Shown here: positions 47,316 to 57,380 of the stretch, in pieces | How the letters are laid out: each line of letters begins with the position of its first letter | Position numbering within the stretch: position 1 is the stretch's first letter | IMG/VR virus record: IMGVR_UViG_3300027822_000001 | Span: 28,596-92,595 of that record | Direction: 5' to 3' (one strand) | DNA: 64,000 nt | From: a virus | The notes under the pieces: model-generated | Databases searched by the model: none | What the model was told of the DNA's origin: nothing | What the model saw: only the letters and a program-made list of their open reading frames with translations | Made by a program: the position numbers and the translations under genes

Positions 47316-47738
47316 TTAAGCAAGAGCTTTTTCAGCTTCAAGCTCGACCATTTTCATTAAGATAGCATCATTGATTTTGTCAAACTGTTCCGTTGAAATC
47401 GGTTTACGATTCTCAAACATTTCAATACGATGTGATGAACCTTTATGAGGAACTTTGTTATTATCTGCATCAAGATAATAAGTCTTTCCCTCAATTAATT
47501 CATGAACATCAAATGAGAAACAATTGCCAATATCTTCGCCTAACGCATCAGCTTGGTCAGATGAAAGAGTTACTTCTTCCATTTCAAGCTTGCCGATAGG
47601 TGCAATCTGTGCAACAAACTCTTTGTTGAAGTCGTCGTAATTACTGCGAGCAACTTCAAGAGCCTTTTCAGACATAGGAACGATAGTTACTAATTTGCCT
47701 TTAACTGTGCTGATTACTTTTGGTTCTTGTAATTCCAT
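47316..47738 (-). CDS. first gene of the minus-strand (early) block, acidic hypothetical protein
   Basis: 140 aa, visibly more GC-rich codons, own terminator. Confidence 0.75.
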   Translation of the reverse strand: MELQEPKVISTVKGKLVTIVPMSEKALEVARSNYDDFNKEFVAQIAPIGKLEMEEVTLSSDQADALGEDIGNCFSFDVHELIEGKTYYLDADNNKVPHKGSSHRIEMFENRKPISTEQFDKINDAILMKMVELEAEKALA

Positions 47739-47774
47739 GATATCATATATTTTACAATATTGCCTACTCTTTTT

Positions 47775-47850
47775 CCGATTTTCGGCATATTCGGTCGAAT
47801 CTGTCCATACCCCCGTATGGTTTCACATCCACAATATAGACACGGTCTAT
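47775..47850. promoter_or_regulatory. cluster of short GC-rich hairpins at the strand switch (candidate vRNAP promoter or genome-end signal)
   Basis: CCGA-TTT-TCGG, ATTCG-GT-CGAAT, CCATAC-CCCC-GTATGG, ATAGAC-ACG-GTCTAT. Confidence 0.35.
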
Positions 47851-48562
47851 CAAGAGGTGGTTCTCGTTCATAACGATTTTTTTAAAATTTTTTAAAATAG
47901 TTTAAGACTCCACCCTACTCCCAACAAAACCTAACTAAAATACAACGCCTACTTACATTTTCAGGCTCTAGGAAAGATAAGATAAGAAACTCACGCCCGA
48001 AAACCATATCGGACTTAGTGAAGTATTTCTTCCATTCTCCCAACTCTTGATTTTTCTTATACTACTTGACTAGGTGGCTTCTTCCAAAGACCAGTGAATT
48101 GCCGACGACATAAGTAAAATATCTTATCCTTCCTACCGCATGAATGTGCTATTCCGATAAGTTAATAACTTATTCGGCTGTTTTCTGACTATAGAGTCTA
48201 GTCTCACTTGAGTGCTTTTTTACGTTAAGAAAACGTTATAGAGTAGGATTAACTGCAAAATTGCGTACCATCTAATTTTACCTACTGGCTGTATTATAGG
48301 TAATAATTTGATGGTTGATTAACTGTACTTTTTTAAACCTTTCTGATTTAGAAATAAAAAAATTCTTAGTCTATACTTATATGTACTCATTCTCAACTAT
48401 TTTTCCAAAACTCATTTTTTAAATCCAAAAAAAAATCCTAACTTAGCAGAAGTAATTTTTTTATTTTTGTTACGGTTTAGAATGTTTATATTTATAGAAA
48501 CAAACCCTGACGGTAATGTATTAATAGGAAACATAAATATAAATGATTAAAACGATTTTTTT

Positions 48563-48760
48563 ATGAAAGGAGAAATTTTAATAAAGAATGAGAGTAGTGG
48601 AGAAGAAGTAATAACAGAGTTTCTTTTTAAGAAAGATGACGTCAGAAGTTGTTATAGAACAAAACATGGTATAGCAATTTACCTATTCGGGCAAGGTGAA
48701 TATACATTAGAACAGGATGCAGAATTATACGAACAACTTAAAGTGGCATTAAATGGCTGA
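48563..48760 (+). CDS. hypothetical protein
   Basis: First gene of the plus-strand block. Confidence 0.7.
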   Translation: MKGEILIKNESSGEEVITEFLFKKDDVRSCYRTKHGIAIYLFGQGEYTLEQDAELYEQLKVALNG

Positions 48761-48941
48761 CGTAAAGACTTCATTTAATAGAAGAGAAATAAGAATCTTA
48801 TCTGAGTTGATGAAAGTAACTAGAGAAGACATCAATGGGATAAAGGTTTATTTGGAGAGAGATGGAGTAGAATTAGAAGCTTTAGATGCATTGTATTTCA
48901 AAATTATTGGATTAGATGCTAAAGCACATAAAAAGTATTAA
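48753..48941 (+). CDS. hypothetical protein
   Basis: 62-aa coupled ORF. Confidence 0.65.
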   Translation: MADVKTSFNRREIRILSELMKVTREDINGIKVYLERDGVELEALDALYFKIIGLDAKAHKKY

Positions 48942-48958
48942 TTTAATTTTTATATATA

Positions 48959-49831
48959 ATGGGGTTAAGTTTAAAAGGTGCTTTCTTAGAAGAAGGTACT
49001 GAACAGATGTTTACAGTAGAAAAAAGAAAGAAAGTGATTGGTGGCACTAGAGGTCTTAATTTTGATAATAAGATACATCAGTATACAATGAATGGAGTTG
49101 TTCTGTTAAGTGCTACATCTATAATAAGTAGATTTACTAAACCATTTGAAGCAGTTTCAATATCTCGATTTGTAGCAGCCAAGAATAAAAAGGCTGATAA
49201 AAAGTATATGAATAATGATGTTAAGGTTAGAAGATATTGGAAGGTTAAAGGAGAAAGAGCAAGTGCTTTAGGAACTAGTGGTCATGCTTTCTGTGAAATG
49301 CAGTGGCTTAATCCTGAGGATGCTGTTCCTATTCATGAGGTTGAAAGGAATGCAAAGAAGCTGATGGATAAATTAAAGGCTAATTTTTATATAATGAATA
49401 TGGAAGTTAATAGAGGTAATGATAAATACAAAATTGGCTATACTATTGATATTGAGTTACAGTCTAAGAAGACTGGGGATTATATACTTGGAGACTTTAA
49501 GTTTTCAGGTAATTTTACTGCTGGTCAGTATAAGAAGTCAAAAGGGAGACAAGCTAACTATATGAGTGCTCCTTTTAGAGATTTAGGATATAGAGTTGTT
49601 CCGGAAGATAAGGGTTATATACAGTTGAATATGTATAAAAGATTCTTTGAAATTGATACTGGAATAAAGGTTGCTAAGTCATTATTATTTCACATTGATG
49701 GTCTCGGAAGTGAGAACTATTATGGAGATGCTGGCTATAAGGTTTATGTAGTACCTGATTTGACTGAACAAGTAGATGTCATATTAAAACCACATGAGAA
49801 TATTAAGTATGATATATTAAAAAAGCTGTGA
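48959..49831 (+). CDS. PD-(D/E)xK nuclease (crAss-like, upstream of terminase)
   Basis: H.Y...SATS, GTSGH, GYTID...LGDFK, IQLNMY. Confidence 0.8.
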   Translation: MGLSLKGAFLEEGTEQMFTVEKRKKVIGGTRGLNFDNKIHQYTMNGVVLLSATSIISRFTKPFEAVSISRFVAAKNKKADKKYMNNDVKVRRYWKVKGERASALGTSGHAFCEMQWLNPEDAVPIHEVERNAKKLMDKLKANFYIMNMEVNRGNDKYKIGYTIDIELQSKKTGDYILGDFKFSGNFTAGQYKKSKGRQANYMSAPFRDLGYRVVPEDKGYIQLNMYKRFFEIDTGIKVAKSLLFHIDGLGSENYYGDAGYKVYVVPDLTEQVDVILKPHENIKYDILKKL

Positions 49832-50778
49832 TAAAATCACCTATATTTAGACAGATAATAACAGACGTTGCAATAGAGATGCAGAACGTGTTTGGATTTT
49901 TGCTGTCTGAAAAGGAGATGTTAGAAGAATATACTAACTATCACAAAGTAGCTAAAAAGCTAATGAGTCTAGGAAAGGGAAATTTCTTAGAAACATATAT
50001 TAAGAGAATAGAATACCCCGTAATGGGGTATTTTTATTTTAAGAGAGGTAGTGCAAGACGCTATGTTGAGAAGAAAGTTGATAGAGGGTTTAATAGAAAC
50101 GAAGCTATTAAAGCAGCAAGGGAGTTAAAGAAGAAAGGATGGTACCATATAAGATGGACACTAGAAGAGGGACATATATTCTATAATCAAAATACTGGAA
50201 AGTTCTATCCATTGAAGAGAGATGTAATAGTTGGTACTATGTCAGCATACTTATACTTTGCTAAGATATGCAGGACTGATTATGTTGATTATAATATACC
50301 TGTATTTCTGGGGGAAAACATAGTTGATGTTACAGTTAGATGTGGCAGTGTCTATGTTTATAATAAGAGAGGAGTGTTAGTAAATGAGTTTGAAACGATT
50401 GCAGATGCTTATGATAGTATCTATCTTAATAATAGATATTTATTACAAGTTCTACTATATAATAGTGATAACCCACATGACCCAAGATTTATAAGGGGTA
50501 ATTATTGGTTCTTAGATAATGAGAGACATAAGTTTAGAGATTTTAAACACACAACTGCAATAATACGTTATAGCGAAGTATTTGATTTATTGGATGCTAA
50601 GACTGGTGAAGTTGTTATAGAAAGAATTGGTACAGCTTCTGACCTTGTAGAGTTTTTTAGGTCAGAGGGTAAATGTACGCCTTGTAAGACAGGGTATATA
50701 TTTAGACAATATAGGAATGGAGACCCAATGTATGGATACAAAATCAGAAAGAGTTTTATTCAGCTTAGTAAATGGTAA
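49828..50778 (+). CDS. DNA-binding protein with NUMOD1-like repeats (possible HU/IHF-like N-terminus)
   Basis: VYVYNKRGVLVNEFETIADA and a second unit ending MYGYKIRK. Confidence 0.55.
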   Translation: MIKSPIFRQIITDVAIEMQNVFGFLLSEKEMLEEYTNYHKVAKKLMSLGKGNFLETYIKRIEYPVMGYFYFKRGSARRYVEKKVDRGFNRNEAIKAARELKKKGWYHIRWTLEEGHIFYNQNTGKFYPLKRDVIVGTMSAYLYFAKICRTDYVDYNIPVFLGENIVDVTVRCGSVYVYNKRGVLVNEFETIADAYDSIYLNNRYLLQVLLYNSDNPHDPRFIRGNYWFLDNERHKFRDFKHTTAIIRYSEVFDLLDAKTGEVVIERIGTASDLVEFFRSEGKCTPCKTGYIFRQYRNGDPMYGYKIRKSFIQLSKW

Positions 50779-51187
50779 GCGAAACTCTATTAATAGAAGA
50801 ATTGCTGAATATATAAGTCATAGCAAGATTAAGTATAAGAGAGATACTAATTTATACTTAATATTTGCTGAGTCAGAAGAAAGAGAATTGCCTTATACTG
50901 TATATATAGGAAAAACTGTTAATACAATAATGACTAGATATAAGCAACATTTATACTCTGTCAGAAAATGCATAGATGGAAGTCATAAATGGAGCAGTAA
51001 ATATAGATGGATGGCTAATGTTATAAGTAATGAGGTAGACTTAAGAGTTATTAGTCTAGGTAAAGTACCTAAGAATAGAGCATACGAATTTGAAAAAGAG
51101 TGGATTACATTTTTTAAAGATAATGATTTTAATGTAATAAATAGAGATAATAATAAGTATTATGAATATAATGTATTTGATATATGA
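50717..51187 (+). CDS. GIY-YIG endonuclease domain protein
   Basis: LYLI...VYIGKT...RYKQH...E..WI..F...N. Confidence 0.8.
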   Translation: METQCMDTKSERVLFSLVNGKRNSINRRIAEYISHSKIKYKRDTNLYLIFAESEERELPYTVYIGKTVNTIMTRYKQHLYSVRKCIDGSHKWSSKYRWMANVISNEVDLRVISLGKVPKNRAYEFEKEWITFFKDNDFNVINRDNNKYYEYNVFDI

Positions 51188-51744
51188 TTGAATTATTTGA
51201 ACTTGGTGAGAATGGATTAGTTAAGTTCTCTCCAGAAGCTATAGCTATAAAAGAGTTTAAAGCTATCTATGACGCAGACACTAGTATTAGTAAATCTAAA
51301 TCATGGCTTAAATTGACGGCTGCTTTTTTCATTGCAAGTGTTACATTTAAGAATCCGTATAAAGGATATGATAGGGATGAGAGGATAGAGTTGGTAGCTA
51401 AGGATATTCTGAACAAAGATTATGAAGATGTTGTTAATGACAACTTATTGATGGAAGCTGCTGCTAAAGTGTATGAAATAGAAGAAACATCATTGGCTAA
51501 GTCCTCACTAAGGTCGGCATTAAAAGGGTTGTCCAAACTGAGGGTTTATATAGATGATGCAGACTTAACAGAAACTGATACAGCAGGTAAACTTATACAT
51601 GACGCTAAGAAGTATCAAAGTATTATAAAGGATATGGTAGAAACTACTAAAGCTATTGATGCTGCTTTGAAAGAAGTCAGAAAAGAAGAAGAAGGAGACG
51701 AGAATAGACTTAGAGGAGGAGGAGTTGATGAATACGACCTTTAA
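51184..51744 (+). CDS. putative terminase small subunit or terminase-adjacent conserved protein
   Basis: Helical, directly before TerL, ends ...RLRGGG. Confidence 0.55.
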   Translation: MIELFELGENGLVKFSPEAIAIKEFKAIYDADTSISKSKSWLKLTAAFFIASVTFKNPYKGYDRDERIELVAKDILNKDYEDVVNDNLLMEAAAKVYEIEETSLAKSSLRSALKGLSKLRVYIDDADLTETDTAGKLIHDAKKYQSIIKDMVETTKAIDAALKEVRKEEEGDENRLRGGGVDEYDL

Positions 51745-53818
51745 TGAGCTCATCAACAATAGTAGTGTTTTAGATTTTCCTTATAATAGTAACTTTGATA
51801 TTAAAGATGATTCTGTTGGTTTAAACTTTAATCATAAGCTAAGAGATTTTGAAGAGTTTACAACATCAGCTCAGCATTTCAATGAGTTTAATAGATATAC
51901 CATGTATCCACCTAATAGGCATCCTCGTTCTAGATTTATGATGTTTTGGAAAGAAGAAAAGAGAAGATGCATTGAAGGATATAATATAGGAAGAGATTGG
52001 ATACCGGGATACTTTTACTACTATTTGAATTATCAACGAGTAGAAAAAACTATATATAAAGAGAAAGATTTACCTAAGTTATTGATGGGAGAGAAGGTTC
52101 GAGGAGAACGTATTGAGTCTTTTCCAGTAGCTTGGGATTATGACTACTACTATTTTCATTATTTAGAAGAAGCTGAGAAGCAAGGAAAACATGGTAGTGT
52201 TTTAAAGAGTAGGGGTAAAGGATATTCTTATAAAGGAGCTAGTATGGTTAATAGAAATTTCTTCTTGATACCATTAAGTAAGTCTTATGTAATAGCTGAC
52301 GAAGCTAGTTTCTTAACTGGAACAGATGGTATTTTAAGTAGGGCTTATGACTCTAAGGAGTTTGTAAACCAGAATACTGCTTTTGCTAAGTATAGTCATA
52401 AAAAGAATAAACCAGTTAATTATAGAGCTTCCAAGATAATGTATGATTCTTTTGGTAAGCAACTAGAACTTGGATATAAGAGTGAAGTTATTGGAATTTC
52501 ACTTAAAGGAAATATTGATAGAGCTCGTGGTAAGAGGGGCAAGCTAATCTTGTGGGAAGAGTCTGGTAAATTTCCAGACTTATTACAAGCATGGCAAGTA
52601 GCTAGAGAAAGTGTTGAACAAGATGGAGTTGTGTTTGGTTTAATGGTTGCTTTTGGTACATCTGGTTCAGACCAGAAATCTTTTAGAAACCTAAGAGAGA
52701 TGTTCACTAAACCAAAACCTTACGGAATACTTGGAGTGCCTAATATATGGAGTAAGAAGGCAAGGCTTAAAGAAGTATCATTTTTTGTTCCTAGCTATGT
52801 TAATCTTAATGGATTAATGGATACTAGTGGAAATTCAGATATAAGTAAAGGAAAGAAGATAGAAGAACACGGTATAGAAGTTATGAGAGAGGCTAGAGCA
52901 GAACCTGCTTCTATAACACAAAGAAAGATGGAAAGACCTATATATCCAGAAGATGCCTTGTTGAGGAAAGGAACTAATCCATTTCCTACTAATTTACTAA
53001 GAACTGTTTTAGCTTCTTTGGAGTTGGAACAAGAATCTTTAGATAGTAGGTATGTTGGAAGAATGGGAGTTGATGGGGATGGAAACGTTGTCTTTTTGGA
53101 AACAGATACTGCTATACCAGTAGAGGAATTTCCGCATGATAGCACAATAGATAATTCTGGAGCTATTGTTATAGTAGCTAAGCCAGCAAAAAAGAATGGC
53201 AAGCCTATTCCTGGAATATATATAGCAGGAGCTGACCCCTACGACCAAGATAAAAGTACTACTGAAAGTTTAGGTTCAGCATTTATAATGAATAGTGTTA
53301 CTGGAGAAGTTGTAGCTGAGTACACAGGAAGACCTGATAGAGCTGATGACTACTGGGAACAGCTTAGGTTGCTTTTACTGTATTATGATGCTAAACTCAA
53401 TTATGAAAATGATTTAATTGGATTTAGGAATCATGTTGTTAGTAAAGGTAGCGGTTATTTACTAGTAGAAACACCATCAGTTATCTTAAGTGTGTTGAAT
53501 GTAACTAAGGTTGAAAGACCTACAGGTACACATGCAACAGAAAAGACTAATAGGTATGCTAGAACACTTTCAGATTTGTACTTAAAGGAGAAACTAGATG
53601 AAGATAGTGAGCTTACATATGCTCATACAATAAAATTTAAGGCACTGATTCAAGAGTTCTTAGATTGGGATATAGATGGGAACTATGATAGAGTTAGTGC
53701 ATTTGGAATGTTAATGATTTTATATGAAGAATATAAAGATAAAGGTATAAAAGGCTATAGTGAAGATAAAGATAATGATGCTTTCAACGATAAAGTGTGG
53801 GATGAGTTAATGACTTGA
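51725..53818 (+). CDS. terL: Terminase large subunit
   Basis: KSRGKGYSY Walker A variant, LWEESG Walker B, FGTSG, nuclease GADPYD and NYDRVSA. Confidence 0.93.
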   Translation: MMNTTFNELINNSSVLDFPYNSNFDIKDDSVGLNFNHKLRDFEEFTTSAQHFNEFNRYTMYPPNRHPRSRFMMFWKEEKRRCIEGYNIGRDWIPGYFYYYLNYQRVEKTIYKEKDLPKLLMGEKVRGERIESFPVAWDYDYYYFHYLEEAEKQGKHGSVLKSRGKGYSYKGASMVNRNFFLIPLSKSYVIADEASFLTGTDGILSRAYDSKEFVNQNTAFAKYSHKKNKPVNYRASKIMYDSFGKQLELGYKSEVIGISLKGNIDRARGKRGKLILWEESGKFPDLLQAWQVARESVEQDGVVFGLMVAFGTSGSDQKSFRNLREMFTKPKPYGILGVPNIWSKKARLKEVSFFVPSYVNLNGLMDTSGNSDISKGKKIEEHGIEVMREARAEPASITQRKMERPIYPEDALLRKGTNPFPTNLLRTVLASLELEQESLDSRYVGRMGVDGDGNVVFLETDTAIPVEEFPHDSTIDNSGAIVIVAKPAKKNGKPIPGIYIAGADPYDQDKSTTESLGSAFIMNSVTGEVVAEYTGRPDRADDYWEQLRLLLLYYDAKLNYENDLIGFRNHVVSKGSGYLLVETPSVILSVLNVTKVERPTGTHATEKTNRYARTLSDLYLKEKLDEDSELTYAHTIKFKALIQEFLDWDIDGNYDRVSAFGMLMILYEEYKDKGIKGYSEDKDNDAFNDKVWDELMT

Positions 53819-53864
53819 TAATGTATTACAATTTTTATTAGTAAAAAATTATTTAATTTACTGT

Positions 53865-56159
53865 ATGAATAATAAATTTCCCGTACAGAAAGTATCTTCA
53901 TCCTTAAAGACAAAGAGGTGGTTTCAAGATAGCGTTATATATGGAGTAGATATAGCATTGAATGAAGAAAATAGTATAAAGCCTAGTGTAGAGACTATTA
54001 TTGCTAATTACAAGATATATAATGGGGAGAGAGATACTGAGGATATGAAAGATAATTTTGACCCAATTAGTAATCTTACAGAGACTTATAAACCAGTTTT
54101 TAAAACCTTTTCGACTATTACTGATAGGATTAATGAATTGGTTGGTGAGTATAATGCTAGAGGGTTTGATTATGTGTTAGCAGCATTAGATAGAGATGCT
54201 GTAAATGACAAGATAAGAGAAAATAAAGAGAGAATAACTAAGGAGATAAATGAATTAGTTATGAATGAAGATATACAAGATGAAGATGCTGTAAAGCAGA
54301 AGTTAGAGGATATTGTTAATTTTAGATTTATGAGTAAAGCTGAGGTTACTGGTAATAAAGTTTTGAACTATTATAAAACCGCAAATAGAGTTAGATATAA
54401 AGAAATAGAAGGATTTAGAAATGCTTTGATAACGGCTGTTGTTGCTTTTGATGTTTATATTGAAGGCAATAAGCTTAAGGTAGATTTGTTTAGTTCTGAT
54501 GAAATCTTTGCTGTCCGGAATGGTAACAGTAATGATTTAAGAGATTCTGAGATTATTGCTGTAGTTAAATATTATCCTAAGGGAAAAATAATTGACAGGT
54601 GGGGTGAAAGCTTCACTAAAAAAGATTTGAAGAAGCTTTTAGCTGATGACTTTAATTTATTTAATGCTAAAGTAGATGCACAGAGAAACTTAGTGTTTAA
54701 AAATATGGAGGAGCTTAATGCATATACTGACAATCTTAATAATGCTGGAGGAATTAATAATGTTGTTGATTCTAATGGTAATGTTAGAGTTATTATGCTT
54801 AAGTGGCTTGGATATAGAAAAATGTTTAAGCGTAAATATTATGACAGTAATGGAGATACTCAATATGATTATGTTAGTGAAAACTATAAAGCGGATACTG
54901 ACAAAGGAGAAGTATTGACAGCAAGATGGTTTCCTGAGTGGCACAAAGGAGTGTTAGTTGGAGGAGACATAGTAATTGATGTTGGAGTAGCACCTTATCA
55001 ATATAGAGACGTTAAGAATCCAATAATTAATAAACCTGGATTAGTTGGTGGTTATTTTAATGTAGGTAATCAGAAAGCTAAGTCTGTTGTTGATTTAGTT
55101 AGCCCTTATTTGTATTTTAGAGATATGCTATTTGCAAGAATAGAAGATATATTGTCTAAGAATATGGGTAAAATTGTTGAGTTGGATTTGGCTAGAAAGC
55201 CTTCTACTTGGTCTGTTAAAAAAGTTTTATACTATGTAAAAAGATATAGTATAATGGTTGTAAACTCTTTTAATGAATCTGATAAAGGTAGAAGTAAAGG
55301 TAAAATAGCAGGACAGTATCCACAAAGAAGTGGAACTTTAGATTTAGAATTAGGTGCTAGTATTGGTTATTTAACAAATCTATTAACTTTAGTAGATGAT
55401 ATGATTGCTAAAGTTACTGGAGTAACTCCACAAAGACTTGGGGCAATACAGAGTAGAGAATTAGTTGGAAATGTAGAAAGAAGTAGAGTTCAAAGTTCAT
55501 TAATAACTGAAATATGGTTTTTAAGGTATGAACAAATAATATTAGACTTGTATGAAACAATAATTGAAGTCTCTAAAAGAGCAGTTGACGTTGATGATAG
55601 ATTACAGTTTGTATTAGATGATTTTTCATATTCAATATTATCTGATGGTATTAGTGCTTTTAAAAATTCTTCTTATGGACTATTTCCAGTGAACTCTCAT
55701 AAATATGATAAGTTAAAGGGTATTTTAGAAGAGATGGCAGTAAATGCCGTTCCTAATGGACAAATGTCTATGGAACAATTTATTGCGTTGTATGATAGTA
55801 ATTCAATGCCCGAAATGGTTGATAAACAGTATAGCATAGCCAAAGAAAATGATAGAAAAAGAGAAGCCTTAGAGAAAGCTAAAAGAGAAGCTAGACTACA
55901 AGAAATACAGTTGCAACATCAATATGATGATTATGTTAGAGATATGGAAGCTAAGTTTGATAAAGAACTTGAAGGAATAAAAGGAGATTATAAAGTACTT
56001 GTAGAAAGTATGAAATTGCAAGATGGTGCATTGAAAGATAGCATGCAACATGAGTTAGAGATTAATAGAACTAAAATGGAAAATGAATTTAATCAGAAGA
56101 AACTAGACTTAGAGAGGGAGCTTAATTCTCAATCTAATTCGGATAGCGGTCAGAAATGA
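53865..56159 (+). CDS. Portal protein
   Basis: 764 aa after TerL; FP.QK N-terminus, GVTPQRLG...ELVGNVER, C-terminal coiled coil. Confidence 0.9.
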   Translation: MNNKFPVQKVSSSLKTKRWFQDSVIYGVDIALNEENSIKPSVETIIANYKIYNGERDTEDMKDNFDPISNLTETYKPVFKTFSTITDRINELVGEYNARGFDYVLAALDRDAVNDKIRENKERITKEINELVMNEDIQDEDAVKQKLEDIVNFRFMSKAEVTGNKVLNYYKTANRVRYKEIEGFRNALITAVVAFDVYIEGNKLKVDLFSSDEIFAVRNGNSNDLRDSEIIAVVKYYPKGKIIDRWGESFTKKDLKKLLADDFNLFNAKVDAQRNLVFKNMEELNAYTDNLNNAGGINNVVDSNGNVRVIMLKWLGYRKMFKRKYYDSNGDTQYDYVSENYKADTDKGEVLTARWFPEWHKGVLVGGDIVIDVGVAPYQYRDVKNPIINKPGLVGGYFNVGNQKAKSVVDLVSPYLYFRDMLFARIEDILSKNMGKIVELDLARKPSTWSVKKVLYYVKRYSIMVVNSFNESDKGRSKGKIAGQYPQRSGTLDLELGASIGYLTNLLTLVDDMIAKVTGVTPQRLGAIQSRELVGNVERSRVQSSLITEIWFLRYEQIILDLYETIIEVSKRAVDVDDRLQFVLDDFSYSILSDGISAFKNSSYGLFPVNSHKYDKLKGILEEMAVNAVPNGQMSMEQFIALYDSNSMPEMVDKQYSIAKENDRKREALEKAKREARLQEIQLQHQYDDYVRDMEAKFDKELEGIKGDYKVLVESMKLQDGALKDSMQHELEINRTKMENEFNQKKLDLERELNSQSNSDSGQK

Positions 56160-56307
56160 CCAAAAATGCTCTGATTTTACTTAAAAAGTCCATTTTTTGC
56201 ACTTTTTCATAGATTCTGTAATATTTTTTTGCTCGCTTTACTAAACATAGAGCAAGTTTTTACGTTTCTAAAAAGTGTATTTTAATAACTTTTTTTAATA
56301 TAACTAT

Positions 56308-57366
56308 ATGCCACTAACGAAAGAAGATATTGAAGCATTAAAACTTGAGAGTAGAGATGATATCAATGTTGAAGAAGAAGCTAAAAAAAGAGAAGAAGAA
56401 GCTAAGAAAAAAGAGGAAGATAAGAAAGCTGTAAAAGGAGAGAAAGATAAAAAAGAACCCAAAGAAGATAAAGAGAAATTAGCCACACAAAAAAGATTGG
56501 CTGATTACTATTACAATGTTTTAAAAGAAGATAATGTACTAGAGGATGGTCTAGAAGTAAACAACATGAAAGAATTAAATGAAGCTATAGAAAAATCCAA
56601 AGACCAGTCCATTTCTGAGTATCTTAATCAGATGCCAGAAGATATACGAAAAGCTGTAGAGTCTTACAATAAAGGTATTGATTACACTAAGATTCAAAAA
56701 CATGATGCTGCTTTGACTGAATACTCTAAAATAAGTGAGGATTCTTTAAAAGAAGATAAAGAGCTAGCTTTAGAATTAATTAGAAAGTCTTTAAAGAATA
56801 GTGAAGATGATGAAGAATATATAAAAAACAGATTAAGTGTTATTGAAGATAGCGATACTTATTTTATAGAAGGTAAAAGAGCACTACGATTATTAGTTAA
56901 TCGTGAAAAAACTATTAAGAACTCTAAAGAGCAAGAAGAGTTATTAAAAGCTAGAGCTTTAGAAGAACAAGCAGAAGGATATAGAACTAGTATTAGAGAA
57001 ACAATAGAAGATAAAGATAAGCTGTGGGGTATGGCTCCTACTAAAGAGGAAAAAGCAAAAGTATTGATGGCAATGTTACAGCCTGATGTTTTTAGAAAAA
57101 AATATAAAAACTTAACACCCTTTGAAGAATTGACAGCTAAGCCAGAAGTGTTGACACAGATATATTATATGTATGTTAAAGGTGCATTTGGAAAAGATGG
57201 TAAATTAGATTTTATAACATCCGAAGCTAAGACTAAGGCTGTTAATGAAATAGATGCTCTTATAAATAAAGCAAGTAAAGCATCATTCAATAATGCTACT
57301 GATAATGATTCAGTAGATGGTTTAAGTATCATGGAAAATTTAGCCATGAACTTAAAACCAAGATAA
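56308..57366 (+). CDS. putative capsid scaffolding protein
   Basis: Acidic, helical, between portal and MCP. Confidence 0.65.
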   Translation: MPLTKEDIEALKLESRDDINVEEEAKKREEEAKKKEEDKKAVKGEKDKKEPKEDKEKLATQKRLADYYYNVLKEDNVLEDGLEVNNMKELNEAIEKSKDQSISEYLNQMPEDIRKAVESYNKGIDYTKIQKHDAALTEYSKISEDSLKEDKELALELIRKSLKNSEDDEEYIKNRLSVIEDSDTYFIEGKRALRLLVNREKTIKNSKEQEELLKARALEEQAEGYRTSIRETIEDKDKLWGMAPTKEEKAKVLMAMLQPDVFRKKYKNLTPFEELTAKPEVLTQIYYMYVKGAFGKDGKLDFITSEAKTKAVNEIDALINKASKASFNNATDNDSVDGLSIMENLAMNLKPR

Positions 57367-57380
57367 TAAACTATAATTAA

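Noticed and set aside
42300-48560. CRISPR array, DGR template/variable repeat or integrase/att site in the non-coding stretches
   Set aside because: No regularly spaced direct repeats, reverse transcriptase or recombinase seen
23674-53818. Introns or inteins in RNR, terminase or the other core genes
   Set aside because: The ORFs are continuous and of normal length, with no intein splice-junction or LAGLIDADG motifs seen
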